From IMG/VR virus record IMGVR_UViG_3300031965_000002, positions 2,082 through 66,081 of that record: a stretch of DNA of 64,000 nt, one strand, 5' to 3'. This document shows, one piece after another, positions 42,586 to 51,190 of this stretch. Position 1 is the first letter of the stretch, and each line of letters starts with the position of its first letter. Made by a program: the position numbers and the translations under genes. The notes beneath the pieces were generated by a model. It ran no database searches, was not told the DNA's origin, and was given only the letters and a program-made list of their open reading frames with translations. The stretch is from a virus.

Positions 42586-43721
42586 CTGGACCAAATACCT
42601 CAACAGTTAGAAACTTCGTTGTTGATATTGATCGACGGCCTGTTCAGGTTATCAATGCTTTTGGCGGTAATTGGGGTCAAAACTGTTATCCCGATGAAGA
42701 TTTTTATGGACAACCATGCTGGTTTCGTGGCCCCGATGCTATACAGAATTTAATTGACAGAATAGAGGATTTATATGAATCAGGATGGCGAAGAATATGG
42801 GTCAATAGACCGATGGGTTCGCCTGAGGGTAATTATCTTGTTCCTAGCATGTGTTGGGAAACAATTACAGAAGAAAAACAAGAAGGCGTTCAAACAATCT
42901 TGAAAGACTATCTTGCATCGAGGCCATTATTGAATTTTGGTATCTATATAGGCTATAGACTTACGGCAAATTGTTCTGAATGGCTTATGGTTGATACGAG
43001 ATTGCCAAATTATACAAATAGAGAAGATATACAACAGTTTCATTGCAACTTAAATGAATGGATAAAAGCAGGCGTTAAAGAGATTCATTTTGATGCATCC
43101 GCTGCAACTGTCAACAGAGACAGTTATCCAGCTTTGGTTAGACTTCTTTGGAGTCAGGGCGTGCTTTCTGCGGGCGAGTCTTTTCCAAAGATTAATGTTA
43201 CATTGACTGATGGCCAAGAAGGACGATTGCCTGATCCTGAATATACAGAGTTAGTTCCTTGGTTATTTTTAGAACAACACTTCAATCAGGGCGGACCTAA
43301 TGAGAGATCGTGGCCTTATTGGGAAGTTGATCCTGAAAAAACTATGATGCATGTTTGTTTTCAAGGCAAAGCTAATCAAATAACAAACCAAGATTCACCT
43401 CAAGCAAGGGCTCATATTGACGATTGGATTGCAAGAGGGTTTATACCATGTAGCTGGAACTCAGATTCTTGGTTCAATGATTATATCCTAGCAACTTATA
43501 CAGCAAGCCTTACTTCTACTCAGGGTCCGTCATTTGGTAGAGGCAGATTCATCGCAGGCGACGCAATCATTGAATCTGATGGTTCGATAAATAGAGATTC
43601 CGCAGGAATCTCTTCCGGTAGCTCTACTGGTGGATTAGCCGGAAATAATAGTAGCAATATATCTCTAAAGACTGGTTTTGGACAAACCCAAAGTGGCGAA
43701 CAACAAACTCAAAGTCCCTGA
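42582..43721 (+). CDS. Hypothetical protein, possible TIM-barrel hydrolase with a Ser/Gly-rich tail
   Basis: 379 aa; GWRRIWVNRPMG, FGIYIG, EIHFDAS; low-complexity C-terminus. Confidence 0.65.
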   Translation: MTGPNTSTVRNFVVDIDRRPVQVINAFGGNWGQNCYPDEDFYGQPCWFRGPDAIQNLIDRIEDLYESGWRRIWVNRPMGSPEGNYLVPSMCWETITEEKQEGVQTILKDYLASRPLLNFGIYIGYRLTANCSEWLMVDTRLPNYTNREDIQQFHCNLNEWIKAGVKEIHFDASAATVNRDSYPALVRLLWSQGVLSAGESFPKINVTLTDGQEGRLPDPEYTELVPWLFLEQHFNQGGPNERSWPYWEVDPEKTMMHVCFQGKANQITNQDSPQARAHIDDWIARGFIPCSWNSDSWFNDYILATYTASLTSTQGPSFGRGRFIAGDAIIESDGSINRDSAGISSGSSTGGLAGNNSSNISLKTGFGQTQSGEQQTQSP

Positions 43722-44524
43722 AGCGTTTGAACATGATTCTTTGAGCGATTACCTACTTGTCCATACCATCTTGAGTCAACGAGTTCTTTTGCAGCCTCTC
43801 GGTAGTCTTTCTTTTCAATGGCTGCGAGGAATTTCGGGAAGCGACTTAGGCGGTCTAGTCCCAAGTTATAGGCCATGTCGGTTAAGATGAGTTGAACGGC
43901 GGCAGGTTGCTCGCCAAAAGAACGGAATAATTGTTGAGCATCTCTATTCGCTGTGCGAATATCTTCACGGAAAAGACTAATGGCATCTTTTGCAGAGAGA
44001 GGTTGTTCGCCATTGTAAACAGCATTGAAGTCATAACCGAGATTTTCTATTCTACTCTTAGCATTCGGGTTGCCGAGAAAAAATCCATATCCAATAGACT
44101 TGCTGTCAGCATCAATATATGCGAATAGGCTAGGCTTGCCATTATATGTTTCCCATTGAGCGGTAAACTGTTCTTGGGGAGTTAGCGAAGATGCTTGTTC
44201 TATGAATTCATCGGTATTTGCAGTAGATTGAACTTCTTGATTGACTTGTTGGATTAGCTCAGGCGGAGATTGCTGAATAATGATCTGGGAACCACCGGGT
44301 TGAACAGATTCGATTTGATCGATTATAGATTGCGCCCTGCCTTCGTCTCCGCTTATTTGTTGAGTGGCTTCTTGAGGAGTCACACCTTGAACTCTGACAA
44401 GAATGATAATAGCAGCAGGCACTGTTCCTAAAGCAGCACCGAGCCCGAACCCTTTGGCCCACTCAGCCGCACGATTAGCTGTGCGATAAGTATCTTGTTG
44501 TTTTTGATATTGATACCAGGACAT
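43709..44524 (-). CDS. T4-lysozyme-like (GH24) muramidase with an N-terminal hydrophobic segment
   Basis: WET...YID...SIGYG, LTDMAYNLG..RLSRFPKFLAA...AAKELVDSRWYGQVGNRS; begins MSWY. Confidence 0.85.
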   Translation of the reverse strand: MSWYQYQKQQDTYRTANRAAEWAKGFGLGAALGTVPAAIIILVRVQGVTPQEATQQISGDEGRAQSIIDQIESVQPGGSQIIIQQSPPELIQQVNQEVQSTANTDEFIEQASSLTPQEQFTAQWETYNGKPSLFAYIDADSKSIGYGFFLGNPNAKSRIENLGYDFNAVYNGEQPLSAKDAISLFREDIRTANRDAQQLFRSFGEQPAAVQLILTDMAYNLGLDRLSRFPKFLAAIEKKDYREAAKELVDSRWYGQVGNRSKNHVQTLQGL

Positions 44525-44532
44525 AATGTAGT

Positions 44533-44560
44533 TTTTCGGCTTTCTGGGGTAGTTTCCTTT
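44533..44560 (-). promoter_or_regulatory. Putative sigma28-like promoter of the lysozyme gene
   Basis: On the minus strand: AAAGG-N15-GCCGAAAA, 8 nt before the ATG at 44524. Confidence 0.55.
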
Positions 44561-44604
44561 GAGAGTTTAGTATCGAGTGATTTTTGTAGATAGAAAAGGA
44601 GAAA

Positions 44605-44955
44605 ATGACGATGAGTAAAAGTGTTACTTTGTATGAGGTGGAGAGAATGAATACAGATAGCGAACTAAAAATTCAGGCAATGGAAAACGCTGTTGAGATT
44701 ATTGACAGCATTGTTAAGGCGTCCCACGACCCCGAGGCCATGATTGCAGGCGAAACCCGTAAGGTTTATGAGGAACTAAAGATGTGGGAATGGCTTGAAA
44801 AATACCCTATTGAAGATGAGAAAAATCGTTGGCTTTACGTTACTATGATAGCCCAAACTCAGTACCGTCATTTGAGATGGAAAAAGGATCATCCTGTTAA
44901 AAATAACAAACCAAAGAGTAAATGGGAGAAAGTGGTAGGCAGAGCGACTCACTGA
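44605..44955 (+). CDS. Hypothetical protein
   Basis: AAAGGAG RBS; 116 aa. Confidence 0.7.
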   Translation: MTMSKSVTLYEVERMNTDSELKIQAMENAVEIIDSIVKASHDPEAMIAGETRKVYEELKMWEWLEKYPIEDEKNRWLYVTMIAQTQYRHLRWKKDHPVKNNKPKSKWEKVVGRATH

Positions 44956-45139
44956 ATAGCGTCAGCTTTTTTGGAGACCTCGGAATACGGGGTTATAGGG
45001 TATCTTATCTTCTTGTTTATCACACTATTCCTCATGATTTCGTATTCTCAACTGATTGTTTTCTTTTATCAATTCATCGCATCCGTGACATAGAAGGTTA
45101 TGAGTCTATCTGTGATTATTTAGAAAGTTTCCAGTATTT

Positions 45140-45517
45140 ATGGGATTTGGCGTCGTTCCAATTTTAGCAGTTTTGGCCGCGTTTGGTATTGCTGTCCTTC
45201 TTTTTGAAAAAGGCGAGGATTGGCCTGTAAAGGGAATACGTTCGCGCCTTGAGTCCTTTTTGGGGCTGCTTCATCCAAAAGCAAGAGAAATGTTTGATTG
45301 TCCAGTTTGTACGTCTTTTTGGGCTGCTCTGGTTGTTGATTTATTGATACTTTTCTTGCAAGAAGGAATTTACTTCTTTTGGCCTGTAAGTGGATTTGCG
45401 GCCTGTGCCTTTACTTGGATAGTTTATCTTTTTCTAGAGGCTATTGGTGGCAGCAAGGAAGAGGATACAAATGGCTCTCAAGATGATATCTCTATGGACC
45501 GGAAAGACAACAGTTAG
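45140..45517 (+). CDS. Membrane protein with a CxxC motif (DUF1360-like)
   Basis: Three hydrophobic segments and CPVCTSFW. Confidence 0.65.
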   Translation: MGFGVVPILAVLAAFGIAVLLFEKGEDWPVKGIRSRLESFLGLLHPKAREMFDCPVCTSFWAALVVDLLILFLQEGIYFFWPVSGFAACAFTWIVYLFLEAIGGSKEEDTNGSQDDISMDRKDNS

Positions 45518-46526
45518 AAACTATACCTTAGTTCTCGCAGCTATTGGTTTATCTGCTTATATTTTACATATACCCGGATGCTCTTGGAATAAACGCGACG
45601 TCCAAGTTGATGAATTGCCAGATACTACTGATGAATCTAAAAAGATTAGTGAAATCAGTAGTGATGTTGGAAAAGTCGGCGAACGGCTTGAAGGTCGTGC
45701 TGGTAATATAGAAACTAATACTAATGACGCGAGAGGGATTCTTGATGTGGAGCATCCAGGTTCCCGAAATTCAGTTGAGCCTCAACTAGAAGCGATCGAT
45801 ACCGAGGCGAAGGGGCTGCGTAATGACAGCGCAGAACTTAAGGTAGCTCAAGATCGGTTGACTGATGTTGAAAGTCAGCTTGTACTTGAGCAAGAACGAA
45901 TCAATAGTTTGACCGGCGAGTTCGCAAGCGCTAATTCTAAGATTCAAAATCTAGAAGATGAAAATCGTGAACTTAAAGAAAAAGCCAATCGACTCTTTAA
46001 AGAGAAGATGGCCTGGATTGGTGTTATCTCTGTTTTTGGTATCGGTGTCTCGGTTATGTTGATATTTTTTACGCGAAGCAGTGTCGCCACTATGGTTGCC
46101 CTCGGTTTTGCAGCAACTCTGGGAATTTCGATTGCGGTTTCGCTTTATATGCAATACATCGCCTGGGTGACGATCGCTGTTGTAGCAGTTACAGCAGTTG
46201 GAGTGATAGGCTATCTTGTTTATAGGCAAATAACCGAAAACAAGACAGTGGATGAACTTGTGAGAACAGGAGAAGTGACAAAAGATTACCTTACACAAGA
46301 AGCTCGTGATCATATTTTCGGTCGCGGAGCCGAGCCAGGCGTTGCAGATAATATTCAATCGAAGGGGACAAAAAGACTGGTGCAAGAAATTAGATATTAT
46401 AATACAACGCCTAAGCGTGGCTTCCAGCTTGCTTCTTCAACTGGAAATGGTGTAAGGGTTGACCGTCAGCTAATCGACGGACAGTCATTCACGGTTACCG
46501 AAGACGAGCGTAGTCTAGTTTACTAA
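45471..46526 (+). CDS. Membrane-anchored coiled-coil protein
   Basis: N-terminal hydrophobic helix with a nearby Cys, long heptad region, two further TM helices. Confidence 0.75.
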   Translation: MALKMISLWTGKTTVRNYTLVLAAIGLSAYILHIPGCSWNKRDVQVDELPDTTDESKKISEISSDVGKVGERLEGRAGNIETNTNDARGILDVEHPGSRNSVEPQLEAIDTEAKGLRNDSAELKVAQDRLTDVESQLVLEQERINSLTGEFASANSKIQNLEDENRELKEKANRLFKEKMAWIGVISVFGIGVSVMLIFFTRSSVATMVALGFAATLGISIAVSLYMQYIAWVTIAVVAVTAVGVIGYLVYRQITENKTVDELVRTGEVTKDYLTQEARDHIFGRGAEPGVADNIQSKGTKRLVQEIRYYNTTPKRGFQLASSTGNGVRVDRQLIDGQSFTVTEDERSLVY

Positions 46527-46601
46527 AAGGCTTCAACTTTTTATCTAAAAACACACTGGAAAACATTGGTGGGGCGATATGTACATTGCGATAGGAGCAT
46601 T

Positions 46602-47432
46602 ATGACGACGGACATAAACGACAAAGATGAGAAGATCGTAGAACTCTGGGATGACTTCGATGTAGAAAAGGTCAAAAAAGACAAAGAGGCCAAGTCTTAC
46701 CTAGATGCAAGGAATCGTCTCATAGAAATTTACTATCCAATGGTTTGCCAAATAGCTAAGCGAATGTCTTACAAGCTAAAGGACGTAACTGAGGATGAGT
46801 TATCTTCATTTGGCGTAGACGGCCTTATAGATGCGGTTGAGGGTTTTGATCGTACTATGGACGTCAAGTTTAAGACCTATGCTATGTATCGAATCCGCGG
46901 CGCTATTTTAGATAACATACGCAAGGTTGATTGGGTTCCTCGTTTGGTTCGCAAACGACATTCTGACCTAGAACAAATGCGTCGCAAGTTCGAATCTGAG
47001 TATGGCCGATCGTTGACGGATGGCGAAATGGCTGAGAGAATGGGCTTGACATTAGGTGAGTATGAGGATATCCTACGCCGCTCTACTCCGATAGCCCTTA
47101 TTTCGATGGACTCTCGAAGCCGGGGCGAGCAGGGTCATGAGACAGAAACAATTTCCAACATCGCGACGGCGGAGGAAAAAGAGCCATTGGGCAATATGCT
47201 CAGGGACGAAATGTATAAAAAGCTACTCGGCAAAAACTTTACGCCGTTGGAAAGAAAGATAATCCTCATGCACTACTACGAGGGCTTAACGATGAAAGAC
47301 ATAGCCGATTCAGTCGATTTTTCGGAATCCAGAATCAGTCAGCTACACGGAGACATTATACGCAGATTGAAGAAGAAAATCGATCGTAATCCACAGTATG
47401 CAGAAGACCTGCAAAGAATGCTAAAAGTATAA
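46602..47432 (+). CDS. FliA/WhiG-family (sigma28-like) RNA polymerase sigma factor
   Basis: DELSSFGVDGLIDAVEGFD, FKTYAMYRIRGAILDNIRKVDWVPR, YYEGLTMKDIA...SESRISQLH. Confidence 0.92.
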   Translation: MTTDINDKDEKIVELWDDFDVEKVKKDKEAKSYLDARNRLIEIYYPMVCQIAKRMSYKLKDVTEDELSSFGVDGLIDAVEGFDRTMDVKFKTYAMYRIRGAILDNIRKVDWVPRLVRKRHSDLEQMRRKFESEYGRSLTDGEMAERMGLTLGEYEDILRRSTPIALISMDSRSRGEQGHETETISNIATAEEKEPLGNMLRDEMYKKLLGKNFTPLERKIILMHYYEGLTMKDIADSVDFSESRISQLHGDIIRRLKKKIDRNPQYAEDLQRMLKV

Positions 47433-47441
47433 AGGTACGTC

Positions 47442-47996
47442 ATGTTGAAAGCAATGGTTGGAGACATTACAAAGGTGAAAAATGTGGATGTTATCGTTAA
47501 CGCCGCAAATGGTATCGGTGTAATGGGCGCTGGCGTTGCTGGGGCAATCTCGCGGTCTGGTGGTGAAAAGTGGTCAAATCAAGTGAGGGATTACGCGCGA
47601 GATAATGGCCCCTTCGAAGAGGGTTCTTGCTATTCAAACGATGATGCAGGACTTCTCAAGCGTCGAGGAATCAAGAAGGTTTACCATGCGGTTACAATGA
47701 AATACCCAGGTGGACCGACCAATATTGAGATTGTTCTTGAAGCGGTTCGCTCGACAATTTCAAAGGCACAACAGGAAGGCTATACAAGTATTGTTTTCCC
47801 TGGCTTGGGCACAGGGATTGGAGGATTGGACAAGACTCAAGTCGCTCAGCGGATGGCAACAGAACTACTTCCCTACCAGAAAAGAATGAATATTGCCATC
47901 GTTGATATGAGTCAGGAGTTCGTCAGCGCATTTAGCAAGTCCATAGGACAGGAATCAAAAGGATCAAGAAATGAGACAGGAGACCCACTTAAGTAG
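47442..47996 (+). CDS. Macro domain (ADP-ribose processing) protein
   Basis: GDIT, IVNAANG.G.MGAGVAGAI, VYHAV, FPGLGTGIGG. Confidence 0.92.
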   Translation: MLKAMVGDITKVKNVDVIVNAANGIGVMGAGVAGAISRSGGEKWSNQVRDYARDNGPFEEGSCYSNDDAGLLKRRGIKKVYHAVTMKYPGGPTNIEIVLEAVRSTISKAQQEGYTSIVFPGLGTGIGGLDKTQVAQRMATELLPYQKRMNIAIVDMSQEFVSAFSKSIGQESKGSRNETGDPLK

Positions 47997-48612
47997 ACCA
48001 ACGCTCGTGTTGAACGCGGCATGGAATCCAATCACCATCGCCTCGGTTCGTCATGCAATCTGCAAGGTCACATCGGGTCTCGCGAAGTTTCTTGATACCG
48101 AAAGCTACGTCACCTACGACTTTTGGGAGTGGGCGGAGCTTGACGTTCCTGAAGGGCAGACCGGCATCTCCATGGCGAGAGGCAGGCACTTACGTCTTCC
48201 TGAGGTCATCGTCTTGGAGAAGTTTGACAAATTCCCGCAGAGGTCTGTCAAGTTGACCCGTAGAAATCTGCTGATCCGAGACGGTTTTCGTTGTCAGTAC
48301 ACGGGTAAGAGAGTATCTGGTAGGGATGCAACTCTTGACCACGTTGTTCCGACATCGAAGGGCGGCACGCACACTTGGGACAATCTTGTGATTGCGTCGC
48401 TATCTGCTAACTCAAAGAAAGCCGATAAGACTCTAGAGCAAGCTGGAATGAAGCTCTTGAAGAAGCCCGTGGAACCGAAGTGGAGTCCCGTCTACTCAAA
48501 GTTCTCTCGTGTTTCGTTGAAGGGTTCGCACCCTGATTCATGGACTAAGTTTCTGCCGCAGGAGAGACTCTGGCACCCCGAAGACTACTGGGATGTCGAA
48601 CTCAGTAGGTAA
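47971..48612 (+). CDS. HNH endonuclease
   Basis: TLVLNA, LTRRNLLIRDGFRCQYTG, TLDHVVPTSKGG...WDNLV...NSKKADKT. Confidence 0.9.
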   Translation: MRQETHLSRPTLVLNAAWNPITIASVRHAICKVTSGLAKFLDTESYVTYDFWEWAELDVPEGQTGISMARGRHLRLPEVIVLEKFDKFPQRSVKLTRRNLLIRDGFRCQYTGKRVSGRDATLDHVVPTSKGGTHTWDNLVIASLSANSKKADKTLEQAGMKLLKKPVEPKWSPVYSKFSRVSLKGSHPDSWTKFLPQERLWHPEDYWDVELSR

Positions 48613-48614
48613 TT

Positions 48615-49301
48615 ATGGGCATTCGAAGACACCTGAGATACTCGGAAGTAAGAACCCGTAACTCTATTAAGGGCTGGGGAGATCAGCTCAAAGACATTCC
48701 TGCGTTTGTCTTGGGAAACTCTCCGGCTCTTAATGATGAAGACCTGTCTTCGCTTGAACCATTTGTTACTATTGGACTGAACAGGGCCTTCTATAAAATA
48801 GACCCAACGATATTGTTATGGCAAGATATTGAGCTTTGGTTTACTGAGCGTAAGAAGATATTACGACTCAACGCGATCAAGGTATGTAGAGATACAGCCG
48901 ACCCGCAGAATCGTTTCTTTCATTACAGGCTAAGGCCTGGCAATTTTAGATTGCCAGAGTCTCCTCACAACCTTCATGGTTTTGGAACAACCGGACCCAT
49001 AGGCGTTCAGCTTGCCTATGCGCTCGGTTGTAATCCAATTGTTATTTTAGGTATGGATTGCGTATGTAGAGGTCACTCAACTGACTTCTATGGACGGAAC
49101 AGGCACCATAAGCCACATACGTTAACAAACTGTCGGAAGGGTCTAAAATGGATAAAGAAAGAAGTTGCTTCTAAACGGGAGATTATCAACTGCTCAGCCG
49201 ATAATGAATATTTCAAGTATACGCCGCTCGAAGAAGTTATTGCTCGGTTTACTCCGAAGTATTCACAGAATCGAGGCGTTTGGGCAAGTAAACTCGTATG
49301 A
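48615..49301 (+). CDS. Maf/DUF115 (MptE-like) domain protein, copy 1
   Basis: AFVLGNSPAL, TIGLNR, GTTG...AYALGCNPIVILGMD...DFYG. Confidence 0.75.
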   Translation: MGIRRHLRYSEVRTRNSIKGWGDQLKDIPAFVLGNSPALNDEDLSSLEPFVTIGLNRAFYKIDPTILLWQDIELWFTERKKILRLNAIKVCRDTADPQNRFFHYRLRPGNFRLPESPHNLHGFGTTGPIGVQLAYALGCNPIVILGMDCVCRGHSTDFYGRNRHHKPHTLTNCRKGLKWIKKEVASKREIINCSADNEYFKYTPLEEVIARFTPKYSQNRGVWASKLV

Positions 49302-49954
49302 TGCGTAATTGTCAAAAGTTCCCCGTCGAGAAATGGGTTGACCTATTGAGGGGTGAGCCCGTTTTTATATTAGGCAATTCGCCTTCAATACTTAAGCATG
49401 ACTTGAACCTAATATCAAACTATTTCACTATTGGTATTAACCGCATTTATTTACTTATGGAGCCCACTGTTTTGTTCTGGCAAGATGTGGGACTATATGA
49501 GGACGGCGGAGATAGGCTTGTGGCGGAATGCAACTCGATTAAGCTTTGCAGAGTTCAGTGCGATAAAATTAGACAGTACAACAACTTTGAAGTAACATCA
49601 GGTAAATATAAATTTACAGGTCGAACAAATAAGTATCAGGGCTCAGGTTGCTCGGCGGTGATCGCGTGTCAGTTAGCTCACGCTATGGGTGCTTCTCATA
49701 TTGTTCTTCTGGGATGTGATGGAAAATATGCTCAAGATGGTCGAACAGACTTTTATGGAAAGAATACTCAGCATCGTAGGCATACGGTTCGCAACTTCGA
49801 CAAAGGGTATGACTTTCTCAAGCGAGAGTGTCCCGTCCCAATTGTCAACTGTTCAGAGAATGAAAGATGGCCTAAAGTTTCACTCAAAGATGCAATCGAA
49901 GCTACAAGGCCAGTAGGACGAGCTACGGGGCAATGGTTCGCTAAACTGTGTTGA
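49298..49954 (+). CDS. Maf/DUF115 (MptE-like) domain protein, copy 2
   Basis: VFILGNSPSI, TIGINR, GCSA...AHAMGASHIVLLGCD...DFYG. Confidence 0.75.
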   Translation: MMRNCQKFPVEKWVDLLRGEPVFILGNSPSILKHDLNLISNYFTIGINRIYLLMEPTVLFWQDVGLYEDGGDRLVAECNSIKLCRVQCDKIRQYNNFEVTSGKYKFTGRTNKYQGSGCSAVIACQLAHAMGASHIVLLGCDGKYAQDGRTDFYGKNTQHRRHTVRNFDKGYDFLKRECPVPIVNCSENERWPKVSLKDAIEATRPVGRATGQWFAKLC

Positions 49955-50050
49955 AAGTGCAACAAAATCGAGTAAAATACAGGACGTTAAAACTCAAACA
50001 GAGACGATTTTTCTGTTGAGGATTATCTCCCTTTTAAGGAGCCATACAAA

Positions 50051-51190
50051 ATGGCCGAAAACAAACAACCAACTCAAGAAGCAGAAATAATACCGCTCTA
50101 TGAAAATAAACTTGCTGTACTGAAGGATGGCAGGTTTGAACATGCTGCCATTATATGTCACGATAGCCCTGATCCTGACTGCTTCGCCAGCGCATTAGCA
50201 ATGAAGGCGATCTCTGAATCGTATGGTTTATCAGCAGATATCTACTACGGCGGAGATGTTGGTCACACACAAAATCGAGTAATGGTTAATGTGTTGAACA
50301 TTGTTACCACGAAGCTCGATGCAGAAGAAGATGAAGAAACGACAAGCACCATTGAGGACATCCTTAATGCAAGCTATTTGATCGTTGTTGATACTGCAAA
50401 CTTCGGTAAAGAAAATTGCCGCGCTATAAATAAGTTTGTGAAAGACAAAAGACAACCCGATCTTGTAGTCGATCACCATGAGCATAACCCCAATATTGAA
50501 TGCTCTTATATTCATGAATCAAGGGGTTCATGTTCGACAATCTTTTACCAGATTTTAAAGAGTTACGGTATCACAATCAATAAAACGCTTGCGACAGCCC
50601 TTTATCTCGGAATCAATACGGATACCGCAGATTTGAAGGCAGAAGGCACAACCGATGAAGACAGTGACACGTATCAAGATTTGAAGTCTCTTATTGACCT
50701 TGAGAAGTTCTTGCAGATTTTGAATTACCCTAAGCCGTTGGCTTTGGTTGACCTGAGAAGAAGAGCATACGCAGACCTTGAAGTGACAGGTAATATCGCA
50801 GTTGGAAATGTTGGCGTCATTACGCCTCAACAAAGGTCGCTGATTGGCGAGTTGTGCGAAGAGTTGCTGGAAGTGGAGAGTATTGATACGGCGGTCATTA
50901 TGGCTGTTGTGGATGAAGGAATGAAGAGCGACAAATGGCTTGTTGCTTCGTTTAGGAGCAGTGTGCTTGCGATCAATACCAAGGATTTCATGACAAGCGT
51001 TTTTGGCAAGCGCAACGCGGGCGGAAGAAAAGGCTCGGGTGCGGCACAGATTGCGCTTGATACTATCCATAGAAATGCTCTCGATCAGATTCGTCGTGAT
51101 CATGGCGACAACGGAAAACTCTCACAATATACAGGTTTTCTGTTCCAGGCATATGCAGCGAAGATTAGAGAAGAAAAAGAAAATGTATGA
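50051..51190 (+). CDS. DHH-family phosphoesterase (NrnA/GdpP-like)
   Basis: CHDSPDPDCFAS, VVDT, VDHH, GINTDT, C-terminal SFRS...AGGR. Confidence 0.9.
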   Translation: MAENKQPTQEAEIIPLYENKLAVLKDGRFEHAAIICHDSPDPDCFASALAMKAISESYGLSADIYYGGDVGHTQNRVMVNVLNIVTTKLDAEEDEETTSTIEDILNASYLIVVDTANFGKENCRAINKFVKDKRQPDLVVDHHEHNPNIECSYIHESRGSCSTIFYQILKSYGITINKTLATALYLGINTDTADLKAEGTTDEDSDTYQDLKSLIDLEKFLQILNYPKPLALVDLRRRAYADLEVTGNIAVGNVGVITPQQRSLIGELCEELLEVESIDTAVIMAVVDEGMKSDKWLVASFRSSVLAINTKDFMTSVFGKRNAGGRKGSGAAQIALDTIHRNALDQIRRDHGDNGKLSQYTGFLFQAYAAKIREEKENV

